Source of the DNA: an uncultured Clostridiaceae bacterium
Lineage (GTDB): Bacteria; Bacillota; Clostridia; Lutisporales; Lutisporaceae
Reading direction: 5' to 3'
DNA: 45,346 nucleotides
Assembly: GCA_964574195.1 (NCBI GenBank)
Contig: CAZNMO010000009.1
Location: 1 to 45,346, forward strand
Position 1 is the first letter of the stretch; every line of letters begins with the position of its first letter. Made by a program: the position numbers and the translations under genes. The notes below the pieces were generated by a model. It did not search any database, had not been told where the DNA came from, and saw only the letters and a program-made list of their open reading frames with translations. Of this stretch, positions 33,005 to 40,475 are shown one piece after another.

Positions 33005-33656
33005 TTATGAACTTCTCCCTTCCAATTACAGCCTGTTCTACCGTTGTAAAGATACCTACATAATACTGTTGTCCCTTATGATACCACATAGCTCTGAATC
33101 TGCCATCGCCGTTAGGGTAGACACCTTTTGCTCCGCTCTTGGCTTTCGCTTGTGGAGTACTGAAGGCTGGGTTCTCTAGTGACATAACCATTTGTTCAGA
33201 AACGTCCAACGTATTCAAGTCAGGAATCTGTATGTGTTTAGGCGCTTCAGGCTCTGGTTCTCCGCTGTATTTCGGTTTGAAGGTCTTTAAGTCCATACCG
33301 ATTACTTCAGTGGCAGTAGCAAGCCAGCAATCCTCACTACAGTGCTTTCCTAGCTTAGTTTCATAGAACTCATCGCCCTCGTTTATGATATGGTCGCAAT
33401 CCTTTCTAACGCAGGCTACAGCTTTTGGAGCATCATCGTACAGTATAAGCGCTGAACGATTTTCCTTGATGAAATCTTTCGCTTCACCATATGAGTCACC
33501 TTTGAACTTCTTACCTGTTACGGCTTGAATTTTCTCAATCTCCTTCCGCTGAGTGTACGTTACTATATTGCGTTTATTATTGTCTAGTTCGCCATAAACG
33601 TTTGTTTTCACTGTCTTCTTTCCGTATCTGCTACGATTAATTTTATCATAGTTCAT
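32934..33656 (-). CDS. AP2-domain DNA-binding protein
   Basis: The C-terminal GVYPNGDGRFRAMWYHKGQQYYVGIFTTVEQAVIGREKF fits the AP2/integrase-type DNA-binding pattern. No HNH motif was seen. Confidence 0.5.
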   Translation of the reverse strand: MNYDKINRSRYGKKTVKTNVYGELDNNKRNIVTYTQRKEIEKIQAVTGKKFKGDSYGEAKDFIKENRSALILYDDAPKAVACVRKDCDHIINEGDEFYETKLGKHCSEDCWLATATEVIGMDLKTFKPKYSGEPEPEAPKHIQIPDLNTLDVSEQMVMSLENPAFSTPQAKAKSGAKGVYPNGDGRFRAMWYHKGQQYYVGIFTTVEQAVIGREKFIIEKKKELENTSEVTTYISSRDKG

Positions 33657-33698
33657 AGTATACTCATCCTTTCGTTTAGCGTTTTACCTTATACGCTA

Positions 33699-33730
33699 TA
33701 AATAAAGTAGCAAAATAAAAACGCACTCCG
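33699..33730 (-). promoter_or_regulatory. class-II motif CGGAGT-N18-TTTATTTA
   Basis: Same geometry as the 27475 copy. Both are followed by TA(G/C)CGTATAAGGT. Confidence 0.5.
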
Positions 33731-33748
33731 CTGATGTGCAGAGTGCGT
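33711..33748 (-). terminator. terminator hairpin inside a promoter-proximal leader
   Basis: ACGCACTC-12 nt-GAGTGCGT followed by TTTTATTTTG, about 50 nt downstream of promoter 33803-33831. Confidence 0.55.
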
Positions 33749-33802
33749 AGCTTTCATATTCTCACAGGGCTAGGGCAACACCATATCATTTGGGCTATAG
33801 CA

Positions 33803-33831
33803 ACCATACTATAACTCAACCACACGGTCAA
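33803..33831 (-). promoter_or_regulatory. sigma-A-type promoter TTGACC-N17-TATGGT
   Basis: -35 at 33826-33831 and -10 at 33803-33808. The transcript meets a terminator hairpin about 50 nt downstream. Confidence 0.5.
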
Positions 33832-33842
33832 GAACTTTCTCA

Positions 33843-33867
33843 TAAGAAAAGCCCTCATAAGAGGGCT
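33843..33867 (-). terminator. rho-independent terminator
   Basis: AGCCCTC-ttat-GAGGGCT followed by TTTCTTATG. Confidence 0.65.
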
Positions 33868-33872
33868 GTGGG

Positions 33873-34151
33873 TTATCCTACTATCACATCATTACTATGA
33901 ACAAGTAGCAAATCGTATCCTTTGGAGTTTTTAGGAAGTTGGAAACCGTAGTAACCTTTTCTTGCCCAATCTCCGCCGATAGTATTGTGTTGTGGTCCAG
34001 CTCCGTGCTTCCCTATTGGGTCAACCTGTATGTCTTCTAGGAAGTACATTGTTTCTTTCTTGATTACTTTATCCTCAATCACAGGCTGCTGTAGTCCGTT
34101 AAACTTTACCGCTTTTGCTTTTGTTCCAACCTCTAATACGAATGCTTTCAT
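33873..34151 (-). CDS. hypothetical protein
   Basis: ATG at 34149-34151 after the conserved RBS block AACCAAGATAAAAGGAGCGGTTCAA. Confidence 0.6.
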   Translation of the reverse strand: MKAFVLEVGTKAKAVKFNGLQQPVIEDKVIKKETMYFLEDIQVDPIGKHGAGPQHNTIGGDWARKGYYGFQLPKNSKGYDLLLVHSNDVIVG

Positions 34152-34194
34152 TTGAACCGCTCCTTTTATCTTGGTTTTTGTGGGAAAAGCTCTC

Positions 34195-34482
34195 CTAGTG
34201 GAGAACTCTTCCAATTCCTTTCATAATCTTTTCGCCGTCTCTCTGGGCTAGTCGCTCAGCAATCCAGCCTTCAAAGTTCGCATCTTCCAACGCTTCCTTT
34301 AGTAGCTTATCCAGACCCATTGAGAACTCTGTTGTGAAGAGCTGTTTGTAAATCTCCACCGTAGCTTTCTGAACCTCGTCAATCCGTAGCTCTCCAGATT
34401 GTACTGAAGCTTCCAAGATTTTGTAAACCTCTTCTTCCATCATAGCCTTGATTCTCGCTACCGCAACTTTTTCCCATTCCAT
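34195..34482 (-). CDS. hypothetical protein
   Basis: Driven by cassette promoter 34534-34562. Confidence 0.65.
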   Translation of the reverse strand: MEWEKVAVARIKAMMEEEVYKILEASVQSGELRIDEVQKATVEIYKQLFTTEFSMGLDKLLKEALEDANFEGWIAERLAQRDGEKIMKGIGRVLH

Positions 34483-34533
34483 CTTAACCTCTCCTTTTAT
34501 CTCGGTTATGTAAGCATTTTCGCTTACAAGTTA

Positions 34534-34562
34534 ATCATAACCGATATGTGCACAACCGTCAA
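34534..34562 (-). promoter_or_regulatory. cassette promoter TTGACG-N17-TATGAT
   Basis: -35 at 34557-34562 and -10 at 34534-34539. Confidence 0.7.
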
Positions 34563-34593
34563 CTGTTTTTATGTAAAAAGTTTTGTAAAAATC

Positions 34594-34620
34594 GACAAAA
34601 GAGAGCTTTTCAGCTCTCTC
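34594..34620 (-). terminator. rho-independent terminator
   Basis: AGAGAGC-tgaaaa-GCTCTCT followed by TTTGTCG. Confidence 0.55.
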
Positions 34621-34623
34621 CAA

Positions 34624-34893
34624 TTACTTTGTTAATTCTATTTTGAGGATAATTCCTTCAGGAATAACTTGCCCGTTGTCGATGAACTGTTTTCCGTTCA
34701 CTTCCATAGTACCGCTCTTGATTTGTTTGTAGGCTTTATTCCAGGGAATCAGTTTATCTCCAACTTGGATTCCGTGAATGTCGCAACCATCGCCGTACAT
34801 TGTACCCTCTCCTGGAACGTAAGTTTTCACGTTCTCCCCTTTTTCGTTGTACCAAGACGCCACATCGTACATAGTAGTAATTTTCACTAACAT
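34624..34893 (-). CDS. hypothetical protein
   Basis: Cassette promoter 34945-34973 upstream and terminator 34594-34620 downstream. Confidence 0.65.
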   Translation of the reverse strand: MLVKITTMYDVASWYNEKGENVKTYVPGEGTMYGDGCDIHGIQVGDKLIPWNKAYKQIKSGTMEVNGKQFIDNGQVIPEGIILKIELTK

Positions 34894-34944
34894 TTTAACC
34901 TCTCCTTTTAGCTCGGTATTGTGTAAGTTTTCCTTACAAGTTAA

Positions 34945-34973
34945 TCATAACCTATATGTGTACAACCGTCAAG
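34945..34973 (-). promoter_or_regulatory. cassette promoter TTGACG-N17-TATGAT
   Basis: -35 at 34968-34973 and -10 at 34945-34950. Confidence 0.7.
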
Positions 34974-35024
34974 AGGTTTATTGATATTTATATAAGAAAA
35001 GAGCACCATAAAGGCGCTCCCAAT

Positions 35025-35387
35025 TTATTGTTTCAAAGGCGTGAGTGGCTCGTAAGTCTCTGGCCACTTCTCTGCGTAGTATTTCCCTTTCTTAGTAGCT
35101 AGTAATCCACGCAGTACCTCGTCGAACTGTTCATATGAATATTCCTTCTTCACGTTATCGTTTCCATTTGGGTGATTACGTCTCACAACCTGCTCCAGAT
35201 ATACCACCGTGATTTCCTTATCTGAAGAAGTCCCAGGGCGTGCTATGTCGATTCTCATTACTTTCGGTTTCGTATCGAATAGAGGAAAGTACATAAATTC
35301 TTTAGCATTATGGTTAGTTCCGAACCTTTCTAATAGTGCTGGCTCAATTCCCTCTTCCAAGAAACATACCTCTTTAGTTTTACTCAT
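35025..35387 (-). CDS. hypothetical protein
   Basis: ATG at 35385-35387 after AAAGGAGAG. Promoter at 35429-35457. Confidence 0.6.
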   Translation of the reverse strand: MSKTKEVCFLEEGIEPALLERFGTNHNAKEFMYFPLFDTKPKVMRIDIARPGTSSDKEITVVYLEQVVRRNHPNGNDNVKKEYSYEQFDEVLRGLLATKKGKYYAEKWPETYEPLTPLKQ

Positions 35388-35428
35388 AAACAATCTCTCC
35401 TTTGTGCTCAATTTGTTTGTACAGCCAG

Positions 35429-35457
35429 AGCATACTATAAATTAGCACAACAGTCAA
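35429..35457 (-). promoter_or_regulatory. sigma-A-type promoter TTGACT-N17-TATGCT
   Basis: -35 at 35452-35457 followed by GTTGT, and -10 at 35429-35434. Confidence 0.55.
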
Positions 35458-35467
35458 CTGTTTTTAC

Positions 35468-35498
35468 AAAAGAAAAGAGACAGTTTTCACTGTCTCTT
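35468..35498 (-). terminator. rho-independent terminator
   Basis: GAGACAG-tgaaaa-CTGTCTC followed by TTTTCTTTTG. Confidence 0.6.
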
Positions 35499-35732
35499 TA
35501 AACTCACAAACATACCTTCATCGGTACGCTCTCTGTTCAGTTGTAGTCCTTCCTTAGTAGCTAAAAGATAGAAGCTGTCAAACTCCAAAAGGTTCTTAAA
35601 TGTATGTGGTGTTCCTGATTTAACCTTGTCCAAAATTAGTAATTCACGTTCAGCTAACTTTTGGCGGACAACTTTATTCACAGTGACAAACAGCGCTACA
35701 ACAACGATAGTCAATAGAAAAATATTAGTCAT
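35487..35732 (-). CDS. membrane protein (N-terminal TM)
   Basis: ATG at 35730-35732 after GGAGGGA. Promoter at 35763-35791. Confidence 0.6.
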   Translation of the reverse strand: MTNIFLLTIVVVALFVTVNKVVRQKLAERELLILDKVKSGTPHTFKNLLEFDSFYLLATKEGLQLNRERTDEGMFVSLKRQ

Positions 35733-35762
35733 GTACATTCCCTCCAAAAATATATTTCCTCT

Positions 35763-35791
35763 ATCTTACTATGGAGGGAAATGTTAGTCAA
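35763..35791 (-). promoter_or_regulatory. sigma-A-type promoter TTGACT-N17-TAAGAT
   Basis: -35 at 35786-35791 and -10 at 35763-35768. Confidence 0.5.
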
Positions 35792-35794
35792 CTA

Positions 35795-35974
35795 TTATTT
35801 CCTATTTTTCCCTCCAGTCCCACGGTCAAGAACGTTGGATAATACACGGGTTACATCGCTCAGGTTGGGCTGCTTCCTGCGCACACCTTTAACATACCCA
35901 TATACGAATCCGCCTACAAACAGTAAAGCTCCAATGACAAGCAGCATGATAGCAGTAAGTAGTCCGCTAATCAT
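35795..35974 (-). CDS. small membrane protein (59 aa), not in ORF track
   Basis: ATGA overlap with the upstream stop. Peptide is MISGLLTAIMLLVIGALLFVGGFVYGY. It replaces plus-strand track ORF 35781..35996. Confidence 0.5.
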   Translation of the reverse strand: MISGLLTAIMLLVIGALLFVGGFVYGYVKGVRRKQPNLSDVTRVLSNVLDRGTGGKNRK

Positions 35975-36252
35975 TCTGTCACCTTCTTGGCCATAATAAT
36001 CGTACTGTTCAAAGTTATCCCAGGTTCAGCGCTACGTCCTAAAGGAACGTAACTTGTTATGAAATAACCCTCCTCTTGCTGTTCTCTAATGAGTGTTTCT
36101 AACGTTTCCTGAGTAAAACTACTGTATTCATATTTATGGCCACCTGCATCAAGATACTGTACTTTAATGATGCCCTTCTTTTTGCTAGAGTATACCATCT
36201 TAGTTGATTGTTCTTCCTGTGATGAGATAACAACGTGAATATACTCGCTCAT
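35971..36252 (-). CDS. hypothetical protein
   Basis: ATGA-coupled ORF. Confidence 0.55.
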   Translation of the reverse strand: MSEYIHVVISSQEEQSTKMVYSSKKKGIIKVQYLDAGGHKYEYSSFTQETLETLIREQQEEGYFITSYVPLGRSAEPGITLNSTIIMAKKVTE

Positions 36253-36626
36253 TCCTTTTCCACTCCTTCAACATTGAGTCCTAAAGTAGTAATAACAAAT
36301 CTCATACCGTTAGCGAATGCCTCAGCGTCAAACAACGTCTTGTGGTCTCTAGTTGTGTTCTGTGTCTCTCGCTTATCTCTATACGTTCTAGCAACTTCCT
36401 CATATGGAGTCAAGTCATAGTAGTAGCCGTTGTCCAGAATACGAGCAAGCAGAATAACATCAATAACATTCAACGGGTTCAAGTTCTCGCTGTGTGGTGC
36501 GTGAGAGAATCCGTGTTTCACTCTCATTGAGATAATGTCTGACTTCCTAGCATCCGTCAGCTCGCATCCAGCAATAAGCCAGTCCAGAGCTTTCCCCACA
36601 TTTCGCTCCACGTATATTTTGTACAT
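36249..36626 (-). CDS. hypothetical protein (paralog of 36626..36976)
   Basis: Shares ARILD..Y..LTP.E......Y.........FA.G...V..TL...EGV with its neighbour. Confidence 0.6.
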   Translation of the reverse strand: MYKIYVERNVGKALDWLIAGCELTDARKSDIISMRVKHGFSHAPHSENLNPLNVIDVILLARILDNGYYYDLTPYEEVARTYRDKRETQNTTRDHKTLFDAEAFANGMRFVITTLGLNVEGVEKE

Positions 36627-36976
36627 TAGTCATTCACACCCTCAATCTTGATGTTGAGAGTGTGCAGAACATACTTGATGCCTTTAGCGAATTCATTGTC
36701 ATATGCAGTACGAGACTGTGTACTCTTGATGTACTTTTGTTTAATGGTTTCTTGTGGTGTAAGCTCCAGTTCATATTGTCCATCCAGTATGCGAGCAAAG
36801 TCCATAGGTGAATATTTCTCAATACACTTTGCTTCCTCCTTGATGTCCTTGAATCCTTCAATCCAAGCTTGAGTATGCTGAGCCAAAAGAGAGTTCTTCC
36901 AGTCACTCATACCATCGTTGTGTAGTTCTATGAAGTCCAATACCTCTTGTGTAACTTTTCTCGGTTTCTTATCCAT
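36626..36976 (-). CDS. hypothetical protein (paralog of 36249..36626)
   Basis: See the paralog at 36249..36626. TAATG coupling. Confidence 0.6.
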   Translation of the reverse strand: MDKKPRKVTQEVLDFIELHNDGMSDWKNSLLAQHTQAWIEGFKDIKEEAKCIEKYSPMDFARILDGQYELELTPQETIKQKYIKSTQSRTAYDNEFAKGIKYVLHTLNIKIEGVND

Positions 36977-37215
36977 TATCGTCTTCCCCTTCCAAATACG
37001 TTTAATCTTGCTTGCGCTTTCTCATACGCTTCCTTCATACTGATTGAGTTAGGATATTCCGCCTTCACCCAATCCTCAGTAGGAAAATACATACTGTCTC
37101 GGTCATTCGGCTGTCCCTCTGGCGTAGAGCTTGTCCAGCTGAACCAGATACTACCAAGGTAGTGTCCAGCTGCAGACTCCATTCTCACGTTGCTAATAAC
37201 AAAGCCGTTATCCAT
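36976..37215 (-). CDS. hypothetical protein
   Basis: ORF with GAGGGAA SD. Confidence 0.55.
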   Translation of the reverse strand: MDNGFVISNVRMESAAGHYLGSIWFSWTSSTPEGQPNDRDSMYFPTEDWVKAEYPNSISMKEAYEKAQARLNVFGRGRR

Positions 37216-37216
37216 G

Positions 37217-37411
37217 TTAGTTCCCTCGCAATCTAATACTCGCTAATAATCCAATAACAAGAAACATGAAGTAATAACTCGCTTTAGTAGCTTCAATGCT
37301 GAATAGCTCTTTTAACGCTTTCAGAACAAACTCGTCAATATTGAACCAAGTCAGTATCCAAGCCACAAGCAGAGCTTCTATGATGTTTTCAAACACGTGT
37401 CCAGTAAGCAT
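37217..37411 (-). CDS. small membrane protein
   Basis: Two hydrophobic segments. GGAGGA SD. Confidence 0.55.
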   Translation of the reverse strand: MLTGHVFENIIEALLVAWILTWFNIDEFVLKALKELFSIEATKASYYFMFLVIGLLASIRLRGN

Positions 37412-37414
37412 ACA

Positions 37415-37549
37415 TTAGTCCTCCATCCAGAAATCATAGTCAGGGTGTGATGGGTCAATCTGCGCTACGCCGTCTTTGACCACAAGAGGTTCTTTATCAG
37501 CAACAAGCTGCTTGATAAGTTCTTCATCAATGATAGGTAGTTGTTCCAT
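37415..37549 (-). CDS. small acidic protein (44 aa), not in ORF track
   Basis: ATG at 37547-37549 after AGGAGGA. Confidence 0.45.
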   Translation of the reverse strand: MEQLPIIDEELIKQLVADKEPLVVKDGVAQIDPSHPDYDFWMED

Positions 37550-37559
37550 AATAGTCCTC

Positions 37560-37799
37560 CTAATTCAACGGTTTGTTGTCGTCTTTCATATACATTCTAA
37601 CGAACAGTACAAAGGCATCAGACACATCATCTTTATCGTGGCCATAGACTTTGTGTAGTCTGTTTATTGCGTAGGGCAAAGGCATGTTGTTGTCCATCAC
37701 CAATTTACGCATTTTCTCTACGAGTGGTGCCAAAAAGTCTATGTGCTCTTGCTCCCATACGATATTGTCATGTTCATCGTATACACGCTCACGGCTCAT
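37560..37799 (-). CDS. hypothetical protein
   Basis: ATGA-coupled to the upstream small ORF. Confidence 0.55.
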   Translation of the reverse strand: MSRERVYDEHDNIVWEQEHIDFLAPLVEKMRKLVMDNNMPLPYAINRLHKVYGHDKDDVSDAFVLFVRMYMKDDNKPLN

Positions 37800-37969
37800 T
37801 CTGCTTCCTCCGCTTCTTTTCTCATTTCCTGTACAGCCTGCAATATGTCAGCTTGCGTGTATTTGTCAACGTGATGTAACGTATTCATAGCTGTTCGCAA
37901 GTCCATACCGCCTATAACAAGCTCAAACAGGCTGTCCTTAATCACCATTATGGTTTCTCGGTTGTCCAT
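37796..37969 (-). CDS. small protein (57 aa), not in ORF track
   Basis: ATG at 37967-37969 after AAGGAGG. Confidence 0.5.
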   Translation of the reverse strand: MDNRETIMVIKDSLFELVIGGMDLRTAMNTLHHVDKYTQADILQAVQEMRKEAEEAE

Positions 37970-37971
37970 AC

Positions 37972-38250
37972 TCAAACCTCCTTGTCAAACTCTTCCATAG
38001 TGAACTTGGCTTGTATTACAATTCCTCTGAACACCTTGTAATAACCCATGTAGTCATCCGTTTCATATACATCAATAAACTCACCATCGTCATACGGCTC
38101 GAATGACTCAATCTCGTTCCCCTGTTCGTCATAGAACGTATACTGTTCAAAGAACCCATACGCTGAACGCTGCAGATAGTAGGTCTGACCGTCTACGCTC
38201 TTTATCACTCGTATACCGCTGTCTGGTCTTAATTGAAAGCCCACAGTCAA
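37972..38250 (-). CDS. hypothetical protein
   Basis: TTG at 38248-38250 (TTGA overlap), or GTG at 38242-38244, after AAGGAGGGA. Confidence 0.55.
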   Translation of the reverse strand: MTVGFQLRPDSGIRVIKSVDGQTYYLQRSAYGFFEQYTFYDEQGNEIESFEPYDDGEFIDVYETDDYMGYYKVFRGIVIQAKFTMEEFDKEV

Positions 38251-38603
38251 ACTTCCCTCCTTTGCGACAAGTCAACTCTCTCAGTACGTCCTACCCAGAA
38301 TCCAAGCTCCCTCTCGCCCTCCCAGAAGTCAAACACTTTCCTTGGGTCACCAAAGGCAAAAGGCAGGTTGAGAGTCCTCATACCATATATCTGAAATGCT
38401 GTCTCTCGGATTTCCTTCACAGCATCCGCTTCATCCACTAGCAAAGGCACACCGAACTTCCCTTCATCCACAAGCTTGTAAGCGATACAATAGATACCTT
38501 CATCAGTGATAATCAGCTTGTCACCGCTATGAATATAGATGACACGCTCCCCCTCACCTTCTGTAAGCTCCTTAACTAGTTCTTCAACATCTATGTTCAC
38601 CAT
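38247..38603 (-). CDS. hypothetical protein
   Basis: ATG after GAGGAGGA. Overlaps the upstream stop. Confidence 0.6.
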   Translation of the reverse strand: MVNIDVEELVKELTEGEGERVIYIHSGDKLIITDEGIYCIAYKLVDEGKFGVPLLVDEADAVKEIRETAFQIYGMRTLNLPFAFGDPRKVFDFWEGERELGFWVGRTERVDLSQRREV

Positions 38604-38866
38604 TCTTCATCCTCCTCTGCATTAAACAACGGCGCTAACTCTTTAGAAATCTTTTCCTGAACATACTCCTTCACACCAAGAACTTTAAGCTCATTGTGAA
38701 TCTCCGCTAACCGCTTCTTGCTTTTCTCCTTAGCAGGCTCATCATTCTGCTTCATAGCATCGGACAAAGACGCAAGCTCATAGTCCTGTTCACGCTTCAA
38801 CATTTCTATATACTGGCGCTCTATGTCAACCTTACGAATGATTTTGATTTTGGGCATTCTCGCCAT
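38597..38866 (-). CDS. hypothetical protein
   Basis: TAATG coupling with the upstream gene. Confidence 0.55.
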   Translation of the reverse strand: MARMPKIKIIRKVDIERQYIEMLKREQDYELASLSDAMKQNDEPAKEKSKKRLAEIHNELKVLGVKEYVQEKISKELAPLFNAEEDEEW

Positions 38867-39495
38867 TACACTTCTCCACCTTTCAGTTTCTCTTCACGTA
38901 ACCGCTTCAACCTTTTCTCAACTGCGTTCAAGCTCCTATCCAGTATGACAGCGATTTCCTTCTGTGTGAGACCGCTTACATAAAAGAGTTGCCATAGTCG
39001 GTTGTCTTCCTCTGGAGTCCAAAATGCTCTCTGCTTCTTCGGTTTGGTGTCAAGATGTAGCTTTATAGCTTCTTGTAGCCAATCTGGTTCAGGTATGAGG
39101 CTGTCTGGAACATACTTTGACCAGTTTACAAGCTCCTTGTTCTTCTTCGCCCAACGCCAGAACTTCACTGGGTCTATGAACCAAGAATTATGTTTCTGTT
39201 TACCAAAGCGCAGATTCTTCTTTCTCAACGGCAGGTCGAATTTCTCTTTCCAACGCATAGTCACTTTATGATGAACCTGGAGCGCTCTACACAGTTCAAG
39301 ATTGCTTATCAACCCAGATTCAGCCTTTGTGCCGACTAGTCCCATACGTGTAAGCTGACGTTCCACAGCCTTGGCGCTTCTCCCTAGCTTCTCACCTATT
39401 ATGATGAAGGTCGTAGTCCCAACCAACTCCTCCAACAGTTCTAATTCTTCTTGTGAATATTTCTTGCCTTCCCTGGGCAGTTTCGCTTTCTCCAT
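38866..39495 (-). CDS. DNA-binding protein with two Myb/SANT-like HTH repeats
   Basis: Repeat 1 is YSQEELELLEELVG..IIGEKLGRSAKAVERQLTRMG. Repeat 2 is WTPEEDNRLWQLFYVSGLTQKEIAVILDRSLNAVEKRLKRL. Downstream of motif 39527-39558. Confidence 0.55.
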   Translation of the reverse strand: MEKAKLPREGKKYSQEELELLEELVGTTTFIIIGEKLGRSAKAVERQLTRMGLVGTKAESGLISNLELCRALQVHHKVTMRWKEKFDLPLRKKNLRFGKQKHNSWFIDPVKFWRWAKKNKELVNWSKYVPDSLIPEPDWLQEAIKLHLDTKPKKQRAFWTPEEDNRLWQLFYVSGLTQKEIAVILDRSLNAVEKRLKRLREEKLKGGEV

Positions 39496-39526
39496 ATGAA
39501 CGCTCCTTCCTTATAAGGTAACTATC

Positions 39527-39558
39527 TAAATAAAGAAAAGGAGTGAAAATTCACTCCT
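39527..39558 (-). promoter_or_regulatory. class-II motif AGGAGT-N18-TTTATTTA
   Basis: Abuts the stop at 39559 and lies upstream of the Myb-like gene. Confidence 0.45.
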
Positions 39559-39858
39559 TTAGAATCCATATGGATTATCCATTTGTAGATTACCGCTCAT
39601 CTGGAAGTCTCTCAGCTTGTATCTTACCCCAGTAGGCTCTCCACGAGCGTCAACCAACCATATGCCTGATACCATGTTACCTTGTCGCTCGTCGTACACT
39701 TCCCTCAATATAGCAGGTCGCATTACCATTTCACGTTGTCCATCTTTAATCTCACAGAAGTCAACGCCTGTTCCGTATTCGTCCATTTCGATGTACAGTC
39801 CATTCTGTCCAGTACCATCAGTCCATAGATAGCCTGATTGCTTCCCTTTATAGTTCAT
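39559..39858 (-). CDS. hypothetical protein
   Basis: ATGA-coupled ORF. Confidence 0.55.
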   Translation of the reverse strand: MNYKGKQSGYLWTDGTGQNGLYIEMDEYGTGVDFCEIKDGQREMVMRPAILREVYDERQGNMVSGIWLVDARGEPTGVRYKLRDFQMSGNLQMDNPYGF

Positions 39859-40073
39859 TCTCCAGCCCCCATAGTTACTTTCATTGGCACCATAAAGTCC
39901 CCAGCTAAAGTAATCAGCGTATTATCGCACACTGTTATTTCCTTGTTATCAGGCGTATCGTTTGTCAACCGTATTCTGTCGCCCTTCTGGAGTAGTTGCA
40001 CTGTAGCCTGCTCCCATACTCCGTTCACCAGTCGCTCAACTGTCTGTAACCTATTCATACTTACTCCGAACAT
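39855..40073 (-). CDS. hypothetical protein
   Basis: ATG at 40071-40073 lies 9 nt after AAGGAGG. Confidence 0.55.
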   Translation of the reverse strand: MFGVSMNRLQTVERLVNGVWEQATVQLLQKGDRIRLTNDTPDNKEITVCDNTLITLAGDFMVPMKVTMGAGE

Positions 40074-40097
40074 TAGTCTCAACCTCCTTGTTTCAAC

Positions 40098-40274
40098 CTA
40101 ATCGAATATGTCAAATATGTTGGTCAAATCGAATCCTCTGCCTCCACCTCTGACACAAGCAATGACTAGGTACAAGAAGCTGAGAACCGCTAATACTACC
40201 CAAACCCAATGAAAACTAGCAACACACAATACTAATGATATTCCCAATACAGCTAAAGCGATGAGCACATCCAT
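40098..40274 (-). CDS. small membrane protein (58 aa), not in ORF track
   Basis: ATG at 40272-40274. Peptide MDVLIALAVLGISLVLCVASF..VVLAVLSFLYLVIA has two TM segments. Confidence 0.5.
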   Translation of the reverse strand: MDVLIALAVLGISLVLCVASFHWVWVVLAVLSFLYLVIACVRGGGRGFDLTNIFDIFD

Positions 40275-40475
40275 CTACTCACCGCCCTTCATATTCAACA
40301 AAGTTTCCGTCACCGTTACGTCGTTGCTATGATAACGTTCCTCAACGCCCGTCATCTGTAGCCCCTGAAATACAACTAATACCCCACATTCACACTCCAT
40401 AGTAATACGGTCAGGATGGCCAAAAGCTGATTCTATTTCAACCACTTTACCCTTCTTGTGCTGACACTCGCTCAT
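40275..40475 (-). CDS. small Cys-containing protein
   Basis: AAAGGAG SD. Confidence 0.55.
   Translation of the reverse strand: MSECQHKKGKVVEIESAFGHPDRITMECECGVLVVFQGLQMTGVEERYHSNDVTVTETLLNMKGGE

Noticed and set aside
35781-35996. Plus-strand ORF (71 aa)
   Set aside because: The minus strand here encodes a 59-aa TM protein that is ATGA-coupled to the upstream gene, and it contains promoter 35763-35791.
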